From Dehalococcoidia bacterium (GTDB taxonomy: Bacteria; Chloroflexota; Dehalococcoidia; UBA2979), in NCBI GenBank assembly GCA_965219085.1, contig OZ244720.1, positions 2,784,001 through 2,848,000 on the forward strand: a DNA stretch of 64,000 bases. Direction: 5' to 3'. Under the pieces are notes generated by a model. It saw only the letters and a list, made by a program, of their open reading frames with translations, did not search any database and was not told the DNA's origin. This document shows positions 16,018 through 25,920 of the stretch, piece after piece (position 1 is the first letter of the stretch; the number at the start of each line of letters is the position of its first letter). The position numbers were made by a program, and so were the translations under genes.

Positions 16018-18276
16018 CTACCCGCACTTCGTGTACCCGCACGACCGGCACAGCAGGCACCGCTCCGCGTACCCCAGTTGCGCCCCGCAGTCCGGACACG
16101 TCAGCCCCGACGCGGTCACGACCGGCGCCCGCTGCAAGGCATCGGGATCGGCGCCTGTGTCCTCGCCGCCTTCAACGCCCGCAGATCCAAAGTGCAGCCG
16201 CAGCCAGCGGAAGATGTAGTCGAGGATGCTTGTGGCGAACGGGAGGTCCTCGTTCGCCGTCGGGCCCGCCGGCTCGAAGTGCGTGCGCTCCAGCTTCTCC
16301 GCCAGTTTGTCGAGCGGCACGCCGTACTGGAGGGCGATCGAGGTGAGGATGGCGATGGCGTCGGTCAGGCCGGAGACCGTTGAGCCTTCCTTCGAGATCT
16401 TCACGAACACCTCGCCGGGCGCTCCGTCGTCGTAGAGCCCGACGGTGATGTAGCCCTCCTGCTCGCCGACCCGGAACTTGTGGGTCACGGCCGGTCGCTC
16501 GTCAGGGAGGCGCCTGCGGCCGTCGGCTGCCCTCGCCGCCGAGGGGGCGCGCTCGCCGGTCGCGAGCACCTGCTGCGCGCGCGAGCCGTCGCGGTAGACC
16601 GTCACGCCCTTGCAGCCGATCTCGTGCGCGCGGAGGAACACCGCGCGCACGTCGTCGGGGGTGGCGGAGTGCGGGAGGTTCACGGTCTTCGAGACGGCGA
16701 GGTCGGTGTGGCGCTGGAACGCCGCCTGCATCGCGACGTGGCGCTCCCAGCCGATCTCGTGCGCGGTGGCGAAGAGCCGCCGCACGCGCTCGGGCACGGC
16801 CGCCTGCCCGGCCAGGCCCGCACCCGCCGCAAGCTCCCCGATCAGCTCGGGCGAGTGGAACCCGCCGGCGCGGGCCGCTCCGGCGAACGCCTCGGAGACC
16901 TCGTCGAGGAGCGTCCCGTCCTGCATGCGCCGCGTGTGGGCGAGCGAGTACAGCGGCTCGATGCCCGAGGAGGCGCCGGCGATGATCGCGATCGTCCCGG
17001 TCGGTGCGATGCAGGTGCGCGTCGCGTTGCGGTAGTGCGGGCCGTCGTCCGCGTAGATCGAGCGCTCCCAGTTCGGGAAGACGCCCTTTTCCGCGCCGAG
17101 CGCAGCCGAGGCTGTGTCGGCGGTGCGCGCGATGCGGCCCATGAGCTCCTCGGCGAAGTCGAGCGCTTCGTCGGAGTCGTAGGGGATGCCGGCGGCGATG
17201 AGGAGATCGTGGAACCCCATCACGCCGAGGCCGATCTTGCGGTTGCCGCGCACGGCCGCCGTGATCTCGGGCAGCGGGTACGAACCGGCGTCGATGACGT
17301 TGTCGAGGAAGCGCATGGCGAGCGTCACCGTCTCGTCGAGGGCGGCCCAGTCGACCGCGCCGGCGTCGGCGTCCCAGAAGCGCGCGACATGGATTGAGCC
17401 GAGCGTGCAGGCCTCCCACGGCAGCAGGGGCACCTCGCCGCACGGGTTCGTCGCCGCGATCGCGCCGAGCGCGGGCGTGGGGTTCGCGCGGTTCACGGTG
17501 TCGAGGAACACCATCCCGGGGTCGCCGGTCTGCCAGGCCGACCCGGCGATCTCGTCGAGCAGCGTGGCGGCGTCGGCGCTGCCGCGTGTCGCCGCGGCGT
17601 GCGGGTCGACGAGGTCGATCGAGCCGCCGCTCGCCGCGGCGTCGATGAAGGCGTCGGTGACGGCGAGCGAGAGGTTGAAGCGCTGCGCGCTGACGCCGTC
17701 GTCCTTGGCATGGACGAAGTGCCGGACGTCGGGGTGGTCGATGCGCAGGATGGCCATGTTGGCGCCGTCGCGCTTGCCACCCTGCGTGACGAGCCGCGAG
17801 ACGTCGTCGTAGTGGCGAAGCACCGAGACGGGGCCGCACGCGGCGCCGTGGGTGGTGGCGATCGGCTCGCCCTCGGCGCGCAGGATCGAGAAGTCGAAGC
17901 CCGTGCCGCCGCCCCACTTCTGGACCATCGCTGCCGCCTGCGCGGTCGACATAATCGAATCGAGTGAGTCCTCGATGGGCAGCACGAAGCAGGCGGCGAG
18001 CGTGCCGCGGTCCGTCCCGGCGTTCATCAGCGTGGGCGAGTTGGGCAGGAAGCGCAGCGCCGCCATCTCGTCGTAGAAGCGCTGCGCCCACTGCGCGCGC
18101 AGCTCCTGCGTCGCCTCGACCGAGGCGATCGACTCGGCGACGCGCGCGAGCATCTGCTCGGGCGTCTCGACGACCGCGCCGTCGTCGCCGCGCAGCAGGT
18201 AGCGGCGCTCGAGCACCGTGCGGGCGTTGTCGGTCAGGTCGATGGGGTGGGTGATGACGGGAGGGGTGGTGACCAT
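16018..18276 (-). CDS. nrdJ: Adenosylcobalamin-dependent (class II) ribonucleotide reductase with TSCPD and C-terminal Zn ribbon
   Basis: FLPNSPTLMNAG, ACFVL, TNPCGE, IAPTGT, SKTVN, KGVTVYRDGSR; CPDCG...CRSCG. Confidence 0.95.
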   Translation of the reverse strand: MVTTPPVITHPIDLTDNARTVLERRYLLRGDDGAVVETPEQMLARVAESIASVEATQELRAQWAQRFYDEMAALRFLPNSPTLMNAGTDRGTLAACFVLPIEDSLDSIMSTAQAAAMVQKWGGGTGFDFSILRAEGEPIATTHGAACGPVSVLRHYDDVSRLVTQGGKRDGANMAILRIDHPDVRHFVHAKDDGVSAQRFNLSLAVTDAFIDAAASGGSIDLVDPHAAATRGSADAATLLDEIAGSAWQTGDPGMVFLDTVNRANPTPALGAIAATNPCGEVPLLPWEACTLGSIHVARFWDADAGAVDWAALDETVTLAMRFLDNVIDAGSYPLPEITAAVRGNRKIGLGVMGFHDLLIAAGIPYDSDEALDFAEELMGRIARTADTASAALGAEKGVFPNWERSIYADDGPHYRNATRTCIAPTGTIAIIAGASSGIEPLYSLAHTRRMQDGTLLDEVSEAFAGAARAGGFHSPELIGELAAGAGLAGQAAVPERVRRLFATAHEIGWERHVAMQAAFQRHTDLAVSKTVNLPHSATPDDVRAVFLRAHEIGCKGVTVYRDGSRAQQVLATGERAPSAARAADGRRRLPDERPAVTHKFRVGEQEGYITVGLYDDGAPGEVFVKISKEGSTVSGLTDAIAILTSIALQYGVPLDKLAEKLERTHFEPAGPTANEDLPFATSILDYIFRWLRLHFGSAGVEGGEDTGADPDALQRAPVVTASGLTCPDCGAQLGYAERCLLCRSCGYTKCG

Positions 18277-18316
18277 CGCAGCGCCGTCCGTTCGAGCCGA
18301 GGGGAGCGCAGCTATC

Positions 18317-18330
18317 AGAACATGCGTACG
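18317..18330. promoter_or_regulatory. Putative LexA box upstream of nrdJ
   Basis: AGAAC-atgc-GTACG, 40 nt upstream of the nrdJ start. Confidence 0.45.
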
Positions 18331-18383
18331 ATAACCGCGCAAGCACCTCAGCGCCTGCATCGATCTTAGCGCGTCACGATACT

Positions 18384-18408
18384 CCCGTGCCGCCCCGGGC
18401 GGCACGGG
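18384..18408. terminator. Hairpin between nrdR and nrdJ
   Basis: cccgtgccgcc-ccg-ggcggcacggg. Confidence 0.45.
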
Positions 18409-18461
18409 GTGCCCGCCGGCCGCGAGCACGCGACGACGGCAGGCGGTTCGTCGGTGCGCGC

Positions 18462-18998
18462 TCAGCGGCTGGCGGCGGAGGGGGCGCTTTCAATCGGCGT
18501 CGGCGCGAACGGCAGCTCCTCGAACAGCGGGGGCTGCTCGACCGGCGGCATCGGGCTGTATTCGAGGCGTTCGAGCTCGTCGAGCATGTCGTCGATCGAG
18601 ACGAACTGGCGGTACGCGGACGCGAACCGGATGTAGGCGATGGGGTCGAGCACACGGAGGTGGCCGATCACGATCTCGCTGATCACGCGGCTCGATACCT
18701 CGTCGCGGCCGGACACTCCGATGCGGCGCTCGACGTCGTCGGCGACGGCCTCGATGGCGCCTGCGGCGAGGTCGCGCTTGCGGGCGGACACGCGGAGGCT
18801 TTCGAGCAGCTTCTCGCGGCGAAACTCCTCGCGGCGGCCGTCGCGCTTGCGGACCTGCACGCGGGAGGTTTCGGCCTGCTCGAAGGTCGTGAAGCGCAAG
18901 CCGCACTCAGGGCAGGCGCGGTTACGGCGCACTCCTCTCCCGTTGAGTTCGTGATCGACGACTGTCGTCGTGGCATGACCGCACGTGGGGCACTGCAT
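18462..18998 (-). CDS. nrdR: Transcriptional repressor NrdR
   Basis: MQCPTCGH...RRNRACPECGLRFTTFE, ATP cone VRKRDGRREEF, AYIRFASAY; adjacent to nrdJ. Confidence 0.92.
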   Translation of the reverse strand: MQCPTCGHATTTVVDHELNGRGVRRNRACPECGLRFTTFEQAETSRVQVRKRDGRREEFRREKLLESLRVSARKRDLAAGAIEAVADDVERRIGVSGRDEVSSRVISEIVIGHLRVLDPIAYIRFASAYRQFVSIDDMLDELERLEYSPMPPVEQPPLFEELPFAPTPIESAPSAASR

Positions 18999-19202
18999 CG
19001 CTGGCGCGTTTCCCTGGGGGAGGAAGTGGTCTGGGAGTGAGATGCAGTACACACCGCCACGCGGCGCGCGGCAACGGCTACCGTCCACAGTCTGTTGCGA
19101 ACCTGTCCAACACGCCGCCGCCGGGCGTTCGCAACTCCGCGTGCGCAACGAGAGGCGGCCTCAAGGCCGCCCCTCGCGTCTTCGCAGCGGGTGGCGAGGC
19201 TG

Positions 19203-21146
19203 CTACCGCATCGGGAACGTGCGACGCAGGAACGTCGGCAGGTCGGCCTCCGTGAGCGTGTCCGGCTCGCTCGCCGGCAGATCGGCGAGCCGGTGCGGAG
19301 GCTCCTCGACAGCGTCCATGAGCGAGCCGACCGACTGGCGCACCGCGCTGAAGCCAGTCGCGACGACGGTGATGCGCACCTCGTCGCCCATCTCCTCGTC
19401 GATGGCGGTACCGAAGATGATCTCCGCCTCGGGGTCCACGACCTCGGCGATCGTGCGGGCTGCGTTGTTCAGCTCCGACAGCCGCAGGTTGGACGGGCCC
19501 GTGACGTTGAAGAGCACGCCCGTGGCGCCGGTGATGTCGACCTCGAGCAGCGGGCTCGCGATCGCCTCGCGGGCCGCCTCGGCGGCGCGCTGTTCCCCGC
19601 GGCCGACGCCGATCGCCATCAGCGCCGGGCCGGCGTCCTCCATCACGCGGCGCACGTCCGCGAAGTCGAGGTTGACGACGCCCGGGACGGTGATCAGCTC
19701 GCTGATGCCCTGGATGCCCTGGCGGAGCACGTCATCGGCCATGTTGAACGCCTCGGTGAGCGACACGTCGTCGTTGCCGAGCTGCAGCAGGCGGTCGTTC
19801 GGGATCACAATCAGCGTGTCGACCTTGCCCTGGAGGTCGCGCGCGCCCTCCTCGGCCTGCTGCCGCCGCTTCGCGCCCTCGAAGGCGAACGGCTTGGTGA
19901 CCACGCCGATGGTGAGGGCGCCGAGCTCGCGCGCGGCCTCGGCGACGATCGGGGCCGCGCCCGTGCCGGTGCCGCCGCCGAGGCAGGCGGTCACGAACAC
20001 CATCTCCGCGCCCCGCAGCGCCTCCATGATCTCCTCGCGCGACTCCTCGGCCGCGCGCGAGCCGCGCAGCGGGTCGGAGCCGGCGCCGAGGCCCTTGGTG
20101 AGGCGGTCGCCGATGCGCACCTTGATCTCGGCGTCGCAGCCATCAAGGGCCTGCAGGTCGGTGTTCATCGCGACGTACTGCACGCCGGGCAGGCGCTGCG
20201 AGATCATGCGGTTCACGGCGTTCGACCCGCCGCCCCCCACGCCGACGACCTTGATCGGGGGCAGCGTGTCGTAGTTGTCGGTCATGTTGGGCGTTCCCTT
20301 CGGTGCTTCGGTGCGCCTGGGTGCTGCTTGTTCACGGCTTGTGGGTGCTGCTGCTTCGGGACTCGATGGCGCCTTGGGGGTGGGGAGCTCCGCCTGGCGA
20401 GCTCGCGGCGGCTCCGTCGCGGCGACGGGAGGCTCGATGACGGCGTCGGGCTCTGCCTCTTCGGCCACGGGGGGCTCGGCCGCAGGCGCCGGCTGCTCGT
20501 CAACGGCGGGCTCGGCCGCAGGCTCCTCGACTGGCTCCGGCTCCGCGTGCTCGCCAGGGGTCGGTTCTGTCTCTGGTTCTGCCTCTGCCGCAGCGGCTTC
20601 CGGCTCGGTGGCGTCCGCTGCCGCCGGCTCTACCGAGGCCTCGGGCTCGGGTCGCCCGGCGATCGCCGGTTCCGGCTCTTCGGTGACGGGCGGGGCCGCT
20701 TCAGCGACAGCCGGCTCGGGCGATGCCTCGGCCACGGCCGCTTCGGTGACCACCGGCTCGGGCGTGGGCTGCGGCTTCGCCGGCGAGGTGTCGCCCGGGC
20801 CGACCCGCGCGGCCCGCGCGGCCAGCGGGGTCGGCACAGCCTGCGTGGTGCGATCGAACTCCTCGTCGAACTCCGAGGCCGCTTCGGCCGGGATCGGCGT
20901 CACGTCGAGGTCCACTCGTGCGTCGGCGGCCGGCTGCTCCTGCGGCGGCTCCTCGACGGAGTCATCGGCAGGCTCGTTCCGCACCGCGAGCCGCATGGGC
21001 GGCCTCGGCGTGGCCGCCCTGGGGCGCTCGCTCTGCTTGCGTGCCTGCTCGAGGTAGTCGAAGAGCGTCGATGCGTCGATGGATGAGGCGGTCTCGTTGC
21101 GCTGTTCGGCGCGCGCCTCTGTTCGCTCGTCGGCGGCGTGCGTCAT
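19203..21146 (-). CDS. ftsZ: Cell division protein FtsZ with long acidic N-terminal extension (core starts at ATG 20285)
   Basis: [29 protein letters not shown]-terminal DLPTFLRR; frame open for 287 codons upstream to ATG 21146 with GGAAGGA RBS. Confidence 0.92.
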   Translation of the reverse strand: MTHAADERTEARAEQRNETASSIDASTLFDYLEQARKQSERPRAATPRPPMRLAVRNEPADDSVEEPPQEQPAADARVDLDVTPIPAEAASEFDEEFDRTTQAVPTPLAARAARVGPGDTSPAKPQPTPEPVVTEAAVAEASPEPAVAEAAPPVTEEPEPAIAGRPEPEASVEPAAADATEPEAAAAEAEPETEPTPGEHAEPEPVEEPAAEPAVDEQPAPAAEPPVAEEAEPDAVIEPPVAATEPPRARQAELPTPKAPSSPEAAAPTSREQAAPRRTEAPKGTPNMTDNYDTLPPIKVVGVGGGGSNAVNRMISQRLPGVQYVAMNTDLQALDGCDAEIKVRIGDRLTKGLGAGSDPLRGSRAAEESREEIMEALRGAEMVFVTACLGGGTGTGAAPIVAEAARELGALTIGVVTKPFAFEGAKRRQQAEEGARDLQGKVDTLIVIPNDRLLQLGNDDVSLTEAFNMADDVLRQGIQGISELITVPGVVNLDFADVRRVMEDAGPALMAIGVGRGEQRAAEAAREAIASPLLEVDITGATGVLFNVTGPSNLRLSELNNAARTIAEVVDPEAEIIFGTAIDEEMGDEVRITVVATGFSAVRQSVGSLMDAVEEPPHRLADLPASEPDTLTEADLPTFLRRTFPMR

Positions 21147-21259
21147 CGGTCAGTCCTTCCCTGCGTGTTGGGGAGTGGTCCGACGGCGACGCAGGGGCAG
21201 TCCCGCGCCGGGGGAGTTCCGTCCGGCTATCCGGTTGTTCGCGTGGTGTGGTGTGTGGT

Positions 21260-22504
21260 TCATTGCGGCAGCACCGCCCGCACGACCTGCGCGACCTTGC
21301 GCGCGAGTCCCCTGACGGCTCCGCCGCGGGGTCGCCTGGCGACGGGACGGAGCATGATTTCCTGCTCGCGCAGCGCCCACCGCAGCAGCCCCACCGGCGT
21401 CGAGTAGGCCGGTTCGTGGAGCACGTCCGACATCCCCGCCAGGTGCCGCGGTCGTCCGACGCGCGCCGGCAGTTGCAGCACCTCCTCGGCCAGCAGGTCG
21501 ATGCCAGGCAACGACGCGGCGCCTCCGGTGAGCACCACGCCGGCGGCCAGGAGTTCCTCGGGCGAGCCACGGCGGATCTCGGCCCGCACCATCTCCAGCA
21601 TCTCCTCCGTGCGCGCCTGCAATACCTCTGCGATGAGCCGCCGCGCCACCGCCTTGTGACCTTCGGAGCCAAACGCGTCGACCTCGACCGTCTCGTCCTC
21701 CTCAACCATCGAGGGGAGAGCGTGCCCGTACTCGCGCTTCGCCTGCTCGGCCGCGGGCTGCGGGATGCGCAGCGCCATCACGAGGTCGCCCGTCATCTGC
21801 GCGCCGCCGACGGGCAGCACGGCCGTGTGCGCCACCGCGCCGTGCACGTACACCGCGAGGTCGGTCGCGCCGCCACCGATGTCGACGACGGCGACGCCGT
21901 GCTCCAGCTCCTCGGGGTTGACCGCGGCCTGCGTCGAGGCCAGCGCATCGAGGATGAGCGAGTCGACGCGGACGCCGGCGCCTTCGACGCAGCGCAGCAG
22001 GTTGTGGATGGCGGAGCTGCCCGCCGTGACGATGTGCGTCTCGACGTCGAGCCGCGAGCCGAACATGCCGCGCGCGTCGACGACGTGGTCCTGACCGTCG
22101 ACGACGTAGTAGCGCGGGATGACGTGCAGCACCTCGCGGTTGTTCGGGATGTTCACGATGCGCGCGCTCTCCAGCGCGCGCCCGACATCGCCCGTCGTGA
22201 TCGCCTGGCGCGGGTCGGCGATGGCGACGATGCCGCGCGAGTTCATCGAGGAGACGTGCGGCCCCTTGATGCCGATGTGGGCGGAGAGGATGCGAGTCCC
22301 CGAGGCGCGCTCGGCGCGCTCGACGGATGAGGCGATGGCTTCCATGGCGGCGTGGATGTTGTCGACCATGCCGCGGTTGAGGCCCTGCGACGGCCCCACG
22401 CCGACGCCGAGGATGCGGATCTCGTGCGGGTTGGCGAGTTCGGCCACGACCGTGCAGATCTTGGTCGTGCCCACATCGATAGCCGCGAAGGTGGCGTTCG
22501 CCAT
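21260..22504 (-). CDS. ftsA: Cell division protein FtsA
   Basis: AIDVGTTKI, VDIGGGATD, VLTGGAA. Confidence 0.95.
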   Translation of the reverse strand: MANATFAAIDVGTTKICTVVAELANPHEIRILGVGVGPSQGLNRGMVDNIHAAMEAIASSVERAERASGTRILSAHIGIKGPHVSSMNSRGIVAIADPRQAITTGDVGRALESARIVNIPNNREVLHVIPRYYVVDGQDHVVDARGMFGSRLDVETHIVTAGSSAIHNLLRCVEGAGVRVDSLILDALASTQAAVNPEELEHGVAVVDIGGGATDLAVYVHGAVAHTAVLPVGGAQMTGDLVMALRIPQPAAEQAKREYGHALPSMVEEDETVEVDAFGSEGHKAVARRLIAEVLQARTEEMLEMVRAEIRRGSPEELLAAGVVLTGGAASLPGIDLLAEEVLQLPARVGRPRHLAGMSDVLHEPAYSTPVGLLRWALREQEIMLRPVARRPRGGAVRGLARKVAQVVRAVLPQ

Positions 22505-23406
22505 CAGTGCATTACCAGGTGGCGGCCGAACCGCAAGTCGATCTCCTGTACGTCTCGCTCCTCCTCGGCGAGTTGGTTGAGCAGCGCCCCCCAGGCCGCG
22601 ACTTTGAAGTCGTAGTTGTGCGAGTCGCCGAAGACGGCGTCGGGGCCGCCGGCCACGCGCACCACCAGCCCGCGGTCGGCGTGGAACTCGAAGCGCTCGA
22701 CGTGCACCCCGAGCCGCTGCGAGCGGGCGTCGGCGACGAGACGGGTCACGGTCTGCACGGTGTCGGGGTCCATCGAATCGCCCGCCTGCGGCGGCAAGGT
22801 GCCGGTCACGTCGATGATGGTGACTGCGTCCTCGCTCGGCGGTCGTCCGCGCTCGATCACGAGCCCGCCGGCATCGATCACCGCGCGCTGGCCGGCGCTC
22901 TCCCAGTAGCCCCAGCCCTGGTGCTCGGTCACCCCGATGCGCACGCCCCGCGGCCAGTCGCGCTCCACGGTGGCCGCCTTCACCTCCGGTAGCGTGGCGA
23001 CGATCCGCTGGGCCGCGGCCTGGGTGTCGACCACGAGCAGCGAGCGCCCGCCGAGGTCCGCGGCCTCCACGACCGCATGCGGGTCGGCGATGCCGACGCC
23101 GCTCACGTCGACTTGCCGCACACGTAGCGAGTCGCCGGAGACGAGCACGTACCCACCGAACGTTGCACCCGCCGAGACTGCGATCACGGCCACCACGGCG
23201 GCGATCCGCAACCACGGCAGCGTTCGCAGCCGCGCGCGCACACCAACGCGCGGCAGGCGACGCGGCCTGCGGCCGAGGTGGTAGCGCCGCTCGCCCTGCG
23301 CGGCCTGTTGCAGCGCCGGATGCTTGCGCTCGCGGCGGCCCACCCACAGTTGCGGCATGCGCTTGCGGCGGCCCTGCCGGTCGGGCGACCCGTGTCCCCT
23401 AGGCAT
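22504..23406 (-). CDS. ftsQ: Cell division protein FtsQ/DivIB
   Basis: Basic N-terminus, single TM, POTRA (ATVERDWP), C-terminal IDLRF; position between ddl and ftsA. Confidence 0.85.
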   Translation of the reverse strand: MPRGHGSPDRQGRRKRMPQLWVGRRERKHPALQQAAQGERRYHLGRRPRRLPRVGVRARLRTLPWLRIAAVVAVIAVSAGATFGGYVLVSGDSLRVRQVDVSGVGIADPHAVVEAADLGGRSLLVVDTQAAAQRIVATLPEVKAATVERDWPRGVRIGVTEHQGWGYWESAGQRAVIDAGGLVIERGRPPSEDAVTIIDVTGTLPPQAGDSMDPDTVQTVTRLVADARSQRLGVHVERFEFHADRGLVVRVAGGPDAVFGDSHNYDFKVAAWGALLNQLAEEERDVQEIDLRFGRHLVMH

Positions 23407-24484
23407 ACGACCGGGCCTCCTCGTGGCGTTCGAGGCCAAGGTCGACGAGCCGCGTGATGAGCGAGGCGTAGTCGACGCCGGCCTCGCCCCAGAGCCGCGG
23501 GTACATCGAGATCGGCGTGAAGCCGGGCAGCGAGTTGACCTCGATCAAGCGCACCGTGTCGGGCTCGCGGACGATGAAGTCGACGCGGGCGAGACCCGCG
23601 CAGCCGATCGCGCGGAACGCCTGCACGGCGGTGTCCTGCACGCGCGTGGCGAGGCCGTCGCTCAGGGGGGCGGGGACGAGCAGGTCCGTGCTGTCGTCCT
23701 CGTACTTGGCTTCGTAGGTGTAGAACTCCGCGTGCGGGCGGATCTCGCCGAGCGGGGAGGGCTGCGGGTCGGTGTTGCCGAGCATGGCGCACTCGACCTC
23801 GCTGCCGTCGATCGCCTCCTCGAGCAGCACCTTGCCGTCATAACGTGCCGCGAGTTCGAGGGCAGGCCCCAGGTCCTCGCGCGAGACGACTTTACTGACG
23901 CCGATCGATGAGCCGCCGTTCGCGGGCTTCGCGAACGAGGGGTAGCCGATGGCGCGCTCGATGTCGGCGAGCGACTCGCGGCACGGGGCGTCGCCGGCGA
24001 GGTCACCGAGCTCGTTGCCTTCGAGCACCACGTAGATCGGCTGGGGGATGGCGTGCGCGGCGAAGACGGCGCGCATGTGCGCCTTGTCCATGCCGATCGC
24101 ACTCGCGGCGACGCCGGAGCCGACGTACGGGATGCCCATCACCTCGAGCATCCCCTGCAGCGAGCCGTCCTCGCCGGAGCGGCCGTGCACGATGGGGAAC
24201 ACCACGTCGATCGCCGCGAGTGAGGCGGTGACGCCCGCAGAGACGGCCAGGCCAGATCCCTCTTCCATACCGAGGTCGCGCGTCTGGCCCGCCTCGACGC
24301 GTTCGAGGCGGCGACGTGTCTCGTCGGGGGTAAGCCAGGCGCCGTCGCGCGTGATGCCGAACGGCACGACTTCGAAGCGCTCGGCGTCCGCCTCGCGCAT
24401 GATCGAGCGCGCCGAGACGACCGAGATCTCGTGCTCCGGGCTACGCCCGCCGAAGATCACGCCGAGTCGCACGCGCTCGCTCAC
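23399..24484 (-). CDS. ddl: D-alanine--D-alanine ligase
   Basis: FGGRSPEHEIS, HGRSGEDG, GSSIGV, EVNSLPGFT. Confidence 0.95.
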   Translation of the reverse strand: MSERVRLGVIFGGRSPEHEISVVSARSIMREADAERFEVVPFGITRDGAWLTPDETRRRLERVEAGQTRDLGMEEGSGLAVSAGVTASLAAIDVVFPIVHGRSGEDGSLQGMLEVMGIPYVGSGVAASAIGMDKAHMRAVFAAHAIPQPIYVVLEGNELGDLAGDAPCRESLADIERAIGYPSFAKPANGGSSIGVSKVVSREDLGPALELAARYDGKVLLEEAIDGSEVECAMLGNTDPQPSPLGEIRPHAEFYTYEAKYEDDSTDLLVPAPLSDGLATRVQDTAVQAFRAIGCAGLARVDFIVREPDTVRLIEVNSLPGFTPISMYPRLWGEAGVDYASLITRLVDLGLERHEEARSYA

Positions 24485-25920
24485 GGCGTGCTCCCCTCGG
24501 CCGGCGCGACGCCGAGCAGGCGGTCGCGCACGAGCGGCAGCAAGGCGTCGATAGGGCCTGCGCCGATGGTGAGGAACACGTCGCCGGGCCCCAGCTCGCG
24601 GACGGCGGCGTCTGCCGCCTCCTCGAACGAGGCGACGTAACGCGCGGGCGGCTCCGCGATCTCGGCGGCCAGCGCCGCGCCGTCGATGCCCTGGTCCGGG
24701 GTCTCGCGCGCCGGGTAGGTCGGCGCGACGATCAGCGCGTCGAGGCCCTCGAAGCAGGTGCGGAAGCCATCGAGCAGGTACTGCGAGCGCGAGTAGGTGT
24801 GCGGCTGGAAGCAGCCGACGACGCGCCGGCCGGGGTAGCGCTGCCGCGCCGCGCTGAGCGTCGCGCGCACCTCGGTGGGGTGGTGCGCGTAGTCGTCGAC
24901 GAGCGTGACACCCGCGGCCTCGCCGAACACCTCGAAGCGCCGCCGCGTGCCGGTGAACTCGGCGATCGCCTGTGCCGCGCGGTGGAAGTCCACGCCAGCC
25001 CGCATCGCCACCGCGAGCGCGCCCAGGGCGTTCGTGACGTTGTGCCTCCCCGGGACGCGCAGCTCGATCTGCCCGAGCTCGGCGCCATCGAGGAGCACCG
25101 TCGCGGCGAGGCCACCGAGCGCCCCCGGCCGCACGTGCGTCGCGCGCCACTCGGTGTCCGTCGCGAGGCCGTACAGCTCGACGCGCGCACCGGCAGCGCG
25201 CTGCTGCGCGCCCAGCTCGGCCGCCCACGGCGAGTCCGCGCACACGAAGAGCGTGCCGTCCTCGCGGACGCGCGCGGCGAAGGCCGCGAACGCCTCGCGC
25301 AGCCGCTCCGGCGTGCCGTAGTAGTCGAGGTGATCGGGCTCGATGTTCGTGATCAGCGCGAACTGCGGCTCGTACTCCAGGAACGCCTCGGCGTACTCGT
25401 CGGCCTCGACGACCGCGAGGTCGCCCGCGCCGTCGCGCGCGTTCCCGCCCAGGTCGGGCGAGTCGCCGCCGAGCAGCACGAGCGGGTCGAGGCCGCCGCG
25501 TTCGGCCAGCAGCGCGGCCAGCGCCGTCGTGGTGGTCTTGCCGTGGCTGCCGGCGATGGCAAGCACGCGCCGGTCCTGCAGCAGCCGCTGCACCATCTCC
25601 GCGCGCACGACCACCTCGATGCCGCGCTCGCGCGCCGCGGTCAGCTCGGGATTGTCGGCGGGCGCCGCCACGGTGGCGACGACGAGCTCCGCGCGCCCGA
25701 CGTTGGACGCGGCGTGCCCCTCGTAGACCGTCGCGCCCTGTTCCTGGAGGCGGCGCGTGTAGTCGGACGTGGCGAGGTCGGAGCCGGTCACGACGTGCCC
25801 GCGGGCGAGCAGGATCTGGCCGATCGCCGAGAGGTGGACGCCGCCCGCGCCCACGAGGTGCACCCGCCTCGGGATCGCCGCGCCGTCCGCGCGCCCTCGC
25901 GACCTGCTGAGCGTCATCAT
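24481..25920 (-). CDS. murC: UDP-N-acetylmuramate--L-alanine ligase
   Basis: GSHGKTTT, EADE, DHLDYY, DDYAHHPTE, FQPHTYSR. Confidence 0.95.
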   Translation of the reverse strand: MMTLSRSRGRADGAAIPRRVHLVGAGGVHLSAIGQILLARGHVVTGSDLATSDYTRRLQEQGATVYEGHAASNVGRAELVVATVAAPADNPELTAARERGIEVVVRAEMVQRLLQDRRVLAIAGSHGKTTTTALAALLAERGGLDPLVLLGGDSPDLGGNARDGAGDLAVVEADEYAEAFLEYEPQFALITNIEPDHLDYYGTPERLREAFAAFAARVREDGTLFVCADSPWAAELGAQQRAAGARVELYGLATDTEWRATHVRPGALGGLAATVLLDGAELGQIELRVPGRHNVTNALGALAVAMRAGVDFHRAAQAIAEFTGTRRRFEVFGEAAGVTLVDDYAHHPTEVRATLSAARQRYPGRRVVGCFQPHTYSRSQYLLDGFRTCFEGLDALIVAPTYPARETPDQGIDGAALAAEIAEPPARYVASFEEAADAAVRELGPGDVFLTIGAGPIDALLPLVRDRLLGVAPAEGSTP

